Translations under genes and position numbers: made by a program
Notes under the pieces: generated by a model
What the model saw: only the letters and a program-made list of their open reading frames with translations
Databases searched by the model: none
Told to the model about the DNA's origin: nothing
Origin: Perkinsela sp. CCAP 1560/9
Lineage: Eukaryota > Protista > Euglenozoa: Kinetoplastea
DNA length: 64,000 nt
Assembly: GCA_965644495.1 (NCBI GenBank)
Contig: CBFFSA010000018.1
Location: forward strand, 1 to 64,000
Direction of reading: 5' to 3'
Shown: positions 12,651 through 24,200 of the stretch, piece by piece
Layout: each line of letters starts with the position of its first letter
How positions within the stretch are numbered: the first letter of the stretch is position 1

Positions 12651-13727
12651 TCATTTTATGGAACGGAATTTTATGGATCCCCAATTAGTGTCTTGTGTCG
12701 GGCCCTGGTTATTGCGCAGAAGCACAATCAGAGACCGTTCATCAAGTACTGGCCAAATGGTGTCATTTTTAATCGGCCGTGTTGGAGGCTTGAACCGGAA
12801 TTCCGGTTGTCCAGATTCATCCATCTGAACCTCAACTTCTCGAACTTCCGTTTCATTTTCATGAAGTACGGATGGAATGCCATATCGGCATTTGTTCTTG
12901 TTTATATTTACATTCATTTTGAAACACATGGGTCTGTGACCAACGTGCTTCTGAACATCAGCAGCACATTTGGACACATGTTCCCTGAAATAATCATCCT
13001 TTTCATCAGGAATAATATGTAGTCCTCCGCGATACATCTTTGAGTAGTCTAGCGTTGCGGGGCCGTAAAGCTCCTTACTGATCCTTTGCGCCCACTCGGG
13101 CAGATCAGCGAGCATCGTCGTACCCAAAGACTTCGCGAGACCATCGTGCTCCTTCACAATGTGAATTAATTCGGAGACGTAATGTGGACTCAGATTCGTC
13201 CATAGTACACTATGAAAGTGTAGAGCATCTCTTTTTTGGCATTCTACAACACCAAAAAATGCTCGATGGCGACCAAAGAGGCCTTCAAGAACGTCACATT
13301 CTTTCTTTACCTCATCTACGTTCGACATTCCGTACAATTCGGTAAGAAGAGTACGGATTTGCCGTTTGAAAATTCTAGTGGATCTGACAGGATACCATGG
13401 CACAAGCTCAGACCGCTTGAGAAGGTTGGCCCGCATTTCCTGCATTTTCTCGCTCTCATCATTCGTAAAGATTCTTAAATCTAGAACGTTATCGTTCATG
13501 TTTGGACTCACTGTGATCCAGTAAGTTGGCAGTCCGCATCGCCTGTATAAGGCGTAGATCTGACTTTGTGATGCCTTTCGCTTTGCTAGCGAAAAGGGTA
13601 TCGTTTTTGCGCATACTTGCACAAATGGCAGAAACTTTGTTTCCAGAAGTTTCGCCTCGGAACTGTTTGGGTTCCTTATAGCCTGTTGTAAAATGTGATA
13701 GAAAGCATCAGCATTGCAAAAATTCAC
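12651..13727 (-). pseudogene. Helitron HUH Rep domain, copy 2
   Basis: Same motifs as 7033-8115. Confidence 0.9.
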
Positions 13728-16265
13728 GAACTTCTGTGCATATCTTTGTTATACTTCAGATTTTGCACTACTGCTGATGAGGCTTCACGGCACCGAAGCA
13801 CATCGTAGCAGTAAAATATGAATCCAGCATTCTTTGCAAATCGGGAATCCGATTGCTCTAGAATTTCCTTGATTTCATATAGTTCAAACGTTGAACCCTT
13901 AAAAGGGTACTTTTGCATCAGCGTCGGAAATGCTCCGAGCAAGATGTTTTCCATGTCGGTATACTCATTGAGTAAACCTTCTTTTTGTTTCAGTTGCATC
14001 GCCACGGCATGCGTAATTTGCGCACCCGCCGGCGCATTGCTTACAGGGCTGTGATCAGTTACAAAAGATCATGTGATCTCACCGCGAGGATCGCGATGTA
14101 ACGTATCGGAAGCCACTGCTTGGGTGACCATACTGTTTATGGCGTTTTCACCTTCCTGGGAAACAGATCTATCCCAAAGATGTGAGACAACGTCTCTACA
14201 ATGTTGCTCGGTAACAACGTTGATCTTTCCTTCCTCTTTCAGTTGAGCATACACGTGGTTATGCTCACAGAGGAAGTGTACCCAGGTGTTCGGAGTCTCT
14301 GATTTCACCCCGAATATGCCACTCAGCTGTGCAGAACATAGTCTTTGACTACGTTTCGTTCTCCGTTCGTTGGCTATCCAAACAATTTGGATGTTCTTAA
14401 TCGCGCCCTCGAGATCAGGAACTCTTTCGAGTTGCAAGAGCTCAAGGGTTTCGCGTGCTGTAGCCGTCGCATATCCAGTGAATTTCGTGTCCGGCCTTAA
14501 GGATGCGGCATATGCGCCACCTTTCCTATATACACTGATGATTGTGCAGTGTAAAAACACCTTTTGAAGAAGGATCTCTTCTACCAGCGTGGGTACTGGA
14601 AGGTGATTTGTAGAAGGTTGTTCTACTGGACCGCGGGGAATTCTCCCTTTTTTGTCCATTATTCTTTGATCCCTTGCACAAAGTTGCGCTTCGGGATTCG
14701 GAATGTCACTTTCGAGAAGAATAACTTTACAAGAATCACAACTTGTATCACAACTTGCGATACGTTGATCGTCGTTCATTCTCTTTTTGTACCTTTTCAT
14801 GCACTCTTCTTGAGCTTCCGTACTGACTGAAAAATCTTCCAAAGGAAGACGATCAATGTAGGAAGTCTCATAGAAGTATTTGAGTGCGTCTTTTGGATTG
14901 CGCTCAATGTCAAAACGTGTTCGACGTGAGCCATCTCCATTGACTTCGTATGTGTCAAAATTGACAATACGTTTCGCGATGCAACATCGTTCAAGCCAGC
15001 ACCGAAGTTCATTGGCTGAAGATTCTTTTCATATTTCGTTTGTGTGAAAGATGGTATTTTCACACATCTAGCATATGCTGCACTGTCAATAGTGCTAGCA
15101 TTCGTCACATTCGTGACAGTTGCTTGATTCAAAATTGAAACAATTTCATTTTCAAGAGAGGGACTCGTAATAAACGTATAAACGTTCTTTTCACCCTTCT
15201 TTTTCAAGGAAACAAGGACCCATATCGGCCCCGATGATTCCTCTGTTTCCAAGTATGTAAATATGTGTAAACCCACACGGTTCCTTGAAGTGAACTTGTC
15301 ACATTCATTGAATGGACATACTTTCACAGGAAATCGTCGTGTGTTAATGGTTTTACATAATACATTTTCCACAAAGTAGAGAATCTCTACTGATTTTAGT
15401 GGATGGTCTAGCCTGGTGAAGGCTTCTTTGGTACGCTTTTCTTGTGGATACAAAGTGAGGGGTATAACCCCCACTTCGCCTTTTTCCAGTGAAGCTTCGA
15501 GCCACTTCCAGAGTGATAAAAGTTTATCACGTTCTGTCAGTTTCGGCCAATCACGGTTCCATATGGCTATGGAAGGAAGAGCTCACCTTCATCGTTTCCT
15601 ACTAAAGGAACTGGCGTAGTAGCCATGCTTCCAATATTGTAGACTGTTCGAATTGCCGCTATCTGTGTTTCCATAGAAGATGTGCAATTGTATGTGAACA
15701 CTCGTCGTTTAGTCAGACATACCATGGCGAGAGAATCGCCATTGCCTTTAACGTAAACGACGTTATGTCCATCATGATGTCTCTGAATAGAGCATCTTTT
15801 ATCTCCATCGCTTTGGAGGGTTTCATCACAAACAATGTGTGAATTGATGAGAATATTCTCAATCAGTTGAAAAGATGTGAGTGTTAGCGTGGAGCATTGC
15901 TTCACACGTTCCAGCTCATCATCCTGCGATACTGCATGAGCTCTGTTGCGCTCAGCTTGTGTGATCCGAAGTCGAAAAGCCCGAGCTTCAGCATGCCGCG
16001 GATGGCGGTAAAAATGCTTTTGAAGCCCCTTAAACGTGAACATTTGTTCGGTAGCGCACAAAGTGCATTTGAACTTGTTCTGTTCGCAGGGGAGGGCAAA
16101 TTCGATCCAGTCGACTTTTGTTTGAACATAACGTGTATGCTCACTTGATACCAAATGGTATTCATCTGCCGGGATAATACCCGTTGTTCCTTGAATCTGC
16201 AGGATTGTGCTTCTTGGGCACACCCCCCGCATCAAAGAATGAACAAGCTTCACAGCTTTGTTCAC
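13724..16265 (-). pseudogene. Helitron polyprotein N-terminal half (frameshifted)
   Basis: Consecutive overlapping ORFs 15567-16265, 14797-15474, 14069-14842 and 13724-14005, colinear with the plus-strand copy. Confidence 0.75.
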
Positions 16266-17412
16266 TTGTTTTCATATGCTTTTTTTCGACGTGTTTTCTT
16301 GCAGCGCCGAGGCTCATCACTTCACCGGAACAAGCGTCCGCAACACACTTGTAACCGGATTCTGTCCCTGCGCTTGCGTGAGCTATGGGAAGCTCGTGCC
16401 ATAGTTCGAACAGTTGCTGTTCGTGTTCGTGGCTGATACTCGAAATATGCTCTCGAGTTTTCAAGATAGGACGCTGTCCATGCATACTCGAAAAAAAGGA
16501 GCATGCTTCACAAATGTCTTGATCTCCGCGCCCATGTTCGAAAACATGTTTGCGCATGTAGTAGTACATAAACGTGTACGACGAAGGGTTTGCTTTACCC
16601 CGTGATTCTGCACATTTTGTGCACCGAAAGCCTGCAGACATGGTACCTTGCACCTCAAAGTCCATCCACATGTCGTACATCTCCTTCTCAGTTTTGTGAT
16701 TCGCACTCGAGAGATGCTCTCGAGTACGTCTTATGGGGGGTTTCCCTTGCAACTCCTCGAAGAAGGAGCACTCTTTGCAATGGGAATGATCCCCGCGCCC
16801 ATGTTCGAAAACATGTTTGCGCATGTCATCATACTTGAAAGTACGATGTTCAGGGTTTTGATCGCCCTGTGTTGTGGCACATTTCGTGCATGTAAAGCCA
16901 TTGACAATGCTTCCTTCAATTTGAAGGACTTTCCACGCGTTAAAAATCTCTTTTTCACGCTTGTGTTTCACACGCTCGTCGTGCTTTTGTACGCTCAAAA
17001 CGGGGGGTTTTCCCATGAGCTCTTGGAAGAACGAACAAGGTTCACAAATGATATGCAACCCTTTTAAATGTTCGTTTACGTGCCGCTTCATCAGGGGAGC
17101 TGTCAATTCCACCCGAATGTTCGCGTTAGAACATTCTCGGCAGGTGTAAAATTCACCTTCTTCAGCAACATGCTGTTGCCATGGCTCGTATATTTGAGCT
17201 GAGCTTTTATGTGCTTTGCTAGCACTGTGATTAAGGGTCATGCGCACCCTTTTCTTTCCTTTCTTTCTTTGAAAGAAAGTGCAGCATTCGCAGTCGCGAT
17301 ATGCTTCGCCCAGAGCTTTGTTAGAGCTCAGTTGGCTTCCCCCACCCCCGGCCCCAGCAAGCGACACCTCCAACGACGCCGACGACACGGACCACGACGA
17401 ATCAGAAGACAT
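16162..17412 (-). CDS. Multi zinc-finger ORF, probable N-terminus of the Helitron polyprotein
   Basis: Repeated ~80-aa module CxxCxFF...H.....H followed by FxCxxC...MRKHVFEH. Its 3' end runs by frameshift into the next Helitron ORF. Confidence 0.75.
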   Translation of the reverse strand: MSSDSSWSVSSASLEVSLAGAGGGGSQLSSNKALGEAYRDCECCTFFQRKKGKKRVRMTLNHSASKAHKSSAQIYEPWQQHVAEEGEFYTCRECSNANIRVELTAPLMKRHVNEHLKGLHIICEPCSFFQELMGKPPVLSVQKHDERVKHKREKEIFNAWKVLQIEGSIVNGFTCTKCATTQGDQNPEHRTFKYDDMRKHVFEHGRGDHSHCKECSFFEELQGKPPIRRTREHLSSANHKTEKEMYDMWMDFEVQGTMSAGFRCTKCAESRGKANPSSYTFMYYYMRKHVFEHGRGDQDICEACSFFSSMHGQRPILKTREHISSISHEHEQQLFELWHELPIAHASAGTESGYKCVADACSGEVMSLGAARKHVEKKHMKTSEQSCEACSFFDAGGVPKKHNPADSRNNGYYPGR

Positions 17413-17539
17413 GAGAAGAATAATAGTATGAATAAAAAAGCGCTAAATAGTGAAAAAAATGTACGAACAAAAAAATTCGAAGCACAAAAATAAGAACATG
17501 TGATTTTCATCTCATTTTAGAGGATCATTTTTTAGAGGA

Positions 17540-19145
17540 TCTTAGAAGTCACTCATGCTGCGCGCTTCGCGTTCAAAACTACCACCGCGTTTAACGAAGA
17601 GCCCAAAAAAGAAACTTCGGCCTGGACAGCTAAAGTAAAACAAAGATTATAGCCAAAAATAGCCGAATTTAGGGTAAAATTTTTGGGTATTTTTGCTCTC
17701 AGAGCGCTAAATCTGACATTTGCGTGTGAGAAATCACTCGTAGACGTGAATGTAAGCCTACTGAACGTATTGGGTATAGAATACGACTCCAACCACACCA
17801 TTCTTTCGACATAAAAAGACCCCTTTGGGTCCGAAAATTACTTTTCCGCAATTTTTGGTCAAAAATGGGCCATTTTGGGAGGCGTGCCACGGCTAGAAGA
17901 TGGGGTAACTGGCGAAAACAACGGTGTAGATAGCTAGCATAGGTCCCAAACTCTCAAAATACAATAGCGAAAAAAAATTTGAAAAAATATTTTTTTTACC
18001 ATTTTTTCCGCCAAGTTGAATTTTTTCTCAATTTTCTCAAACTTGGCGGACCTGTCCTGCGGATACGCGGGGGGGTCACCCCCGGGTAGGGGGGTGGAAA
18101 ATGCGCGCCAAGACCCCGGTACCCCTTCTGCGTTTTTTTTTCGAAAATTTGCTCGACCATGCCCCCCCCCCCTGGACCCCCCCCATGGACCCCCCATTTT
18201 TTTCAATTTTTTTTTTCAATTTTGGACCACCGGAGCCCCCTTTTATATTTTTTTCCTTTATTATATTACTGTGTTCCTCTTTATATTTTCACTGTTTTTG
18301 TTCACATTTTTTCAACGTTGAAAACTACCGCCGCGTTTAACGAAGAGCCTGAAAAAGAAAATTTGGCCTGGAAAGCTGAAGAAAACGGAAAGATTATAGC
18401 CAAAAATAGCCGAATTTCGGGTAAAAATGGGGTCATTTTCGCGTATTTTTCCACTCAGAGCACTAAATCCGACATTTGCGCGTGGGAAATCACTCGTAGG
18501 CATGAATGAAAGCCTACCGAACGTATTGGGTAGAGAATACGACTCCAACCATACCATTCTTTCGACACAAAAATGCCCCTTTAGGTCCGAAAAATACTTT
18601 TTCACCTTTTTTAGTCAAAAATGGGTCATTTTGAGGGGCGCACCACAGTTCGAAGAAGTGATACCTTGCGAAAACAACTGCGGAGAAAGCTAGTGTAGGT
18701 CCCAAACTATCAAAATACAATAGGGGAAACGATTTTGGAAAAATATTTTTTTTGTCATTTTTTTCGCCAAGTTGAATTTTTTTTCGAAAAAATTTTTCCG
18801 AAAAAATCCGAACTTGGCGGACCCGTCCTGCGGATACGCGTGGGGGTCACCCCCGGGTAGGGGGGTGGAAAATGCGCGCCAAGACCCCGGCTACCCTTTC
18901 TGCGGTTTTTTTTCGAAAACTAATTTTTTCGAAAAAATTTGCTCGACCATGCCCCCCCCCCCTGGACCCCCCCCCTGGACCCCCCATTTTTTTCAAATTT
19001 TTTTTTCAGTTTTGGACCACCGGAGCCCCCTTTTATATTTTTTTCTTCTATTATATTACTGTGTTCCTCTTTATATTTTCACTGTTTTTGTTCACTTTTT
19101 TTTCAATAATCGAGTGTAGAGCGGTAGTTTTACAACCACCGCAAT
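17540..19145. repeat. Two tandem copies of the ~800-900-bp terminal repeat family
   Basis: 17540-18310 and 18311-19145; the second ends in gcggtagttttacaaccaccgcaat. Confidence 0.88.
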
Positions 19146-19169
19146 AGTACTATATAGTAACTATATTCA

Positions 19170-20218
19170 ATGAAAAAAACTATATTTTACTATATTATAG
19201 TTTCTGCGAACCCTGCTTTCAAGTATGAGTACATGCGTAAACATGTTTTCGAACATGGACGCGGGGATCATTCCCATTGCAAAGAATGCTCCTTCTTCGA
19301 GGAGTTGAAAGGGAAACCTCCCATAAGACGTACTAGAGATCACCTCTCGAGTACGAATCACACAACCGAACAAGTTCAAGTGCACTTTGTGCGCTACCGA
19401 ACAAATGTTCACGTTTAAGGGGCTTCAAAAGCATTTTTACCGTCATCCGCGGCATACTGAAGCTCGGGCTTTTCGACTTCGAATCACACAAGCTGAGCGT
19501 AACAGAGTTCATGCAATATCACAGGATGATGAGCTGGAACGTGTGAAGCAATGCTCCACGCTAACACTCACATCTTTTCAACTGATTGAGAATATTCTCA
19601 TCAATTCACACATTGTTTGTGATGAAACCCTCCAAAGCGATGGAGATAAAAGATGCTCTATTCAGAGATATCATGATGGACATAACGTCGTTTACGTCAA
19701 AGGCAATGGCGATACTCTCGCCATGGTATGTCTGACTAAACGACGAGTGTTCACATACAATTGCACATCTTCTATGGAAACACAGATAGCGGCAATTCGA
19801 ACAGTCTACAATATTGGAAGCATGGCTACTACGCCAGTTCCTTTAGTAGGAAACGATGAAGGTGAGCTCTCTGTTGGAGCTATAGCCTACACTATCACGC
19901 AAGACCGTGATTGGCCGAAACTCACAGAACGTGATGAAGTTTTATCACTCTGGAAGTGGCTCGAAGCTTCGTCGGAAAAGGGCGAAGTGGAGGGTATACC
20001 TCTCACTTTGTATCCACCAGAAAAGCGTACCAAAGAAGCCTTCACCAGGCTAGATCATCCATTAAAATCAGTAGAGATTCTCTACTTTGTGGAAAATGTA
20101 TTATGTAAAACCATTAACACACGACGACTTCCTGTGAAAGTATGTCCATTCAATGAATGTGACAAGTTCACCTCATGGAACCGTGTGGGTTTGCACTTAT
20201 TTACATACTTGGAAACAG
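19170..20218 (+). pseudogene. Helitron ZnF fragment and N-terminal region
   Basis: YMRKHVFEHGRGDHSHCKEC is joined by a deletion to CATEQMFTF...FTYLET. Confidence 0.8.
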
Positions 20219-21248
20219 GGGAGGGGGGGCACTCGATGAATGAAAACGCAATTTTTTTTGTAAAAAAATGCTCGACGAACGGAGCTTGGTTTTTTATTGT
20301 AAGCGAGATTGAAATACCGTTGGAAAAGGTTATAGTCCTTGCGCGCACTAATAGGGATCGTGAGGACACGTACAGAAACAGCATCTTTATGTCTTGAAGG
20401 ATTAAACCTTGCTTGCATGGTATTCTTGCGCCCAAAACAATTTTTCATTCATTTTTTTTATTTTTTTTAATTTTTTCTTGTTTTTTTTTAGCCAGTCAGG
20501 TTGAGCCCTGAGTCCCAGCAAAATAAGTAATACACAAAAAAAAGACTGCGTATGAACAAATATTATAAAAAGCATCATCCCTCGTAGTCTGATGCGCAAC
20601 TATCGGAACTGAGTTCCTCAAATTCTTCGGGAACGGGAAAACCGTAGTTGTCTTTTATACACTTCATTATATTAACAAAGCGATTCTGCCAAGACTGCTC
20701 GCGTCCATTATGGGTATCCCCATACTTTACACACTGGAGCGCGACGTTTCGCTGCAACTCCAATGTTGTTGCCCCAAAATTATAGTGTTGGAGTCTTACC
20801 CAATACTTAATGGTGTTGTGGACACTCTCAGCACCATTAGTATGATATCCCTTCTCGTTCACAAACTCCTTACTATGATTCACGGAGTAGTGAAGACAAA
20901 CTTGGTCTAAACCATTGTAAGCCCCCCAACAATCGCTGACTACCACGGATCGCGCACTGGCAAGATGGGGAATGATGAAGCCATGGAGGGTAGGCGTATC
21001 ACGACGCTTCACCAATTTCCAATGGGTCCGCCCCGTTTTACCAGTGCCACGAGACTCCGTGACAGTTGCGAACTACCATCCCCTTTTCCGCTGTCTACGG
21101 CCCCGATTATACTTCCTTTTGCCGATGAAGTTCTCAGCGACCTGCACTCGACTGAATTCATAAACAGACATTGTTTCGTTACGGAGCGCTGCATCAGCAA
21201 GAGTGTGCAGGAGATCCTGAACCACCTTGCGATCAAGTCCACGATTAC
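20219..21248 (-). mobile_element. Truncated Merlin / IS1595 (ISXO2-like) DDE transposon remnant
   Basis: Minus-strand reading VQVAENFIGKRKYNRGRRQRKRGW*F...LVKRRD...VVSDCWGAY...VNHSKEFV...HTNGAES. The first catalytic D is read as A, and there is a TAG stop. Confidence 0.85.
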
Positions 21249-24200
21249 GTCCCTCTCTTGAAAACGAAATTGTTTCAATTTTGAATCAAGCAACTGTCAC
21301 GAATATGACGAATGCTAGCACTATTGACAGTGCAGCATATGCTACCATGCAGATGCGTGAAAATACCATCTTTCACACAAACGAAATATGCAAAGAATCT
21401 TCAGCCAATGAACTTCGGTACTGGCTTGAACGATGTTGCATCGCGAAACGTATTGTCAATTTTGACACATACGAAGTCAATGGAGATGGCTCACGTCGAA
21501 CACGTTTTGACATTGAGCGCAATCCAAAAGACGCACTCAAATACTTCTATGAGAGTTCCTACATTGATCGTCTTCCTTTGGAAGATTTTTCAGTCAGTAC
21601 GGAAGCTCAAGAAGAGTGCATGAAAAGGTACAAGAAGAGAATTCTCTTCTTCTTCTCTTCTACAAAAAGAGAATGAACGACGATCAACATATCACAAGTT
21701 GTGATACGTCTTCTTCCTTGAAAAAGAAGGGTGAAAAGAACGTTTACACGTTTACTTCGAGTCCCTCTCTTGAAAACGAAATTGTTTCAATTTTGAATCA
21801 AGCAACTGTCACGAATTTGACGAATGCTAGCACTATTGACAGTGCAGCATATGCTATCATGCAGATGTGTGAAAACACCATCTTTCACACAAACGAAATA
21901 TGAAAAGAATCTTCAGCCAATGAACTTCGGTGCTGGCTTGAACGATGCTGCATCGCGAAACGTATTGTCAATTTTGACACATACGAAGTCAATGGAGATG
22001 GCTCACGTCGAACATGTTTTGACATTGAGCGCAATCCAAAAGACGCACTCAAATACTTCTATGAGAGTTCCTCCATTGATCGTCTTCCTTTGGAAGATTT
22101 CTCAGTCAGTACGGAAGCTCAAGAAGAGTGCATGAAAAGGTACAAGAAGAGAATTCTCTTCTTCTTCTCTTCTACAAAAAGAGAATGAACGACGATCAAC
22201 ATATCACAAGTTGTGATACGTCTTCTTCCTTGAAAAAGAAGGGTGAAAAGAACGTTTACACGTTTACTTCGAGTCCCTCTCTTGAAAACGAAATTGTTTC
22301 AATTTTGAATCAAGCAACTGTCACGAATTTGACGAATGCTAGCACTATTGACAGTGCAGCATATGCTACCATGCAGATGCGTGAAAATACCATCTTTCAC
22401 ACAAACGAAATATGCAAAGAATCTTCAGCCAATGAACTTCGGTACTGGCTTGAACGATGTTGCATCGCGAAACGTATTGTCAATTTTGACACATACGAAG
22501 TCAATGGAGATGGCTCACGTCGAACACGTTTTGACATTGAGCGCAATCCAAAAGACGCACTCAAATACTTCTATGAGAGTTCCTACATTGATCGTCTTCC
22601 TTTGGAAGATTTTTCAGTCAGTACGGAAGCTCAAGAAGAGTGCATGAAAAGGTACAAGAAGAGAATTCTCTTCTTCTTCTCTTCTACAAAAAGAGAATGA
22701 ACGACGATCAACATATCACAAGTTGTGATACGTCTTCTTCCTTGAAAAAGAAGGGTGAAAAGAACGTTTACACGTTTACTTCGAGTCCCTCTCTTGAAAA
22801 CGAAATTGTTTCAATTTTGAATCAAGCAACTGTCACGAATTTGACGAATGCTAGCACTATTGACAGTGCAGCATATGCTATCATGCAGATGCGTGAAAAT
22901 ACCATCTTTCACACAAACGAAATATGAAAAGAATCTTCAGCCAATGAACTTCGGTGCTGGCTTGAACGATGTTGCATCGCGAAACGTATTGTCAATTTTG
23001 ACACATACGAAGTCAATGGAGATGGCTCACGTCGAACATGTTTTGACATTGAGCGCAATCAAAAAGACGCACTCAAATACTTCTATGAGAGTTCCTACAT
23101 TGATCGTCTTCCTTTGGAAGATTTCTCAGTCAGTACGGAAGCTCAAGAAGAGTGCATGAAAAGGTACAAGAAGAGGATTCTCTTCTTCTTCTCTTCTACA
23201 AAAAGAGAATGAACGACGATCAACATATCACAAGTTGTGATACGTCTTCTTCCTTGAAAAAGAAGGGTGAAAAGAACGTTTACACGTTTACTTCGAGTCC
23301 CTCTCTTGAAAACGAAATTGTTTCAATTTTGAATCAAGCAACTGTCACGAATTTGACGAATGCTAGCACTATTGACAGTGCAGCATATGCTACCATGCAG
23401 ATGCGTGAAAATACCATCTTTCACACAAACGAAATATGCAAAGAATCTTCAGCCAATGAACTTCGGTACTGGCTTGAACGATGTTGCATCGCGAAACGTA
23501 TTGTCAATTTTGACACATACGAAGTCAATGGAGATGGCTCACGTCGAACATGTTTTGACATTGAGCGCAATCCAAAAGACGCACTCAAATACTTCTATGA
23601 GAGTTCCTACATTGATCGTCTTCCTTTGGAAGATTTCTCAGTCAGTACGGAAGCTCAAGAAGAGTGCATGAAAAGGTACAAGAAGAGGATTCTCTTCTTC
23701 TTCTCTTCTACAAAAAGAGAATGAACGACGATCAACATATCACAAGTTGTGATACGTCTTCTTCCTTGAAAAAGAAGGGTGAAAAGAACGTTTACACGTT
23801 TACTTCGAGTCCCTCTCTTGAAAACGAAATTGTTTCAAGTTTGAATCAAGCAACTGTCACGAATTTGACGAATGCTAGCACTATTGACAGTGCAGCATAT
23901 GCTATCATGCAGATGTGTGAAAACACCATCTTTCACACAAACGAAATATGCAAAGAATCTTCAGCCAATGAACTTCGGTGCTGGCTTGAACGATGTTGCA
24001 TCGCGAAACGTATTGTCAATTTTGACACATACGAAGTCAATGGAGATGGCTCACGTCGAACACGTTTTGACATTGAGCGCGATCCAAAAGACGCACTCAA
24101 ATACTTCTATGAGAGTTCCTACATTGATCGTCTTCCTTTGGAAGATTTTTCAGTCAGTACGGAAGCTCAAGAAGAGTGCATGAAAAGGTACAAGAAGAGA

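Larger units (their letters stand above)
5914..15124. repeat. Direct duplication: ~5914-9506 repeated at ~11532-15124 (offset 5618 bp)
   Basis: Paired ORFs at a constant offset (7033/12651, 8451/14069, 6505/12123) with near-identical translations. Confidence 0.92.
1289..19145 (-). mobile_element. Composite decayed Helitron2/Helentron-type element, left arm, with internal duplication
   Basis: Minus-strand order: terminal short hairpin (~19121-19142), ZnF ORF, DUF6570-like region, HUH Rep, PIF1 helicase, RRM ORF, long terminal palindrome (~1289-1410). Boundaries are inferred. Confidence 0.65.

Noticed and set aside
17553-19147. Numerous Phe/Lys/Pro-rich ORFs in the dispersed repeat (also 34-36, 44-45 and 52-53 kb)
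   Set aside because: They arise from homopolymer-rich non-coding repeats, and frames are not conserved among copies.
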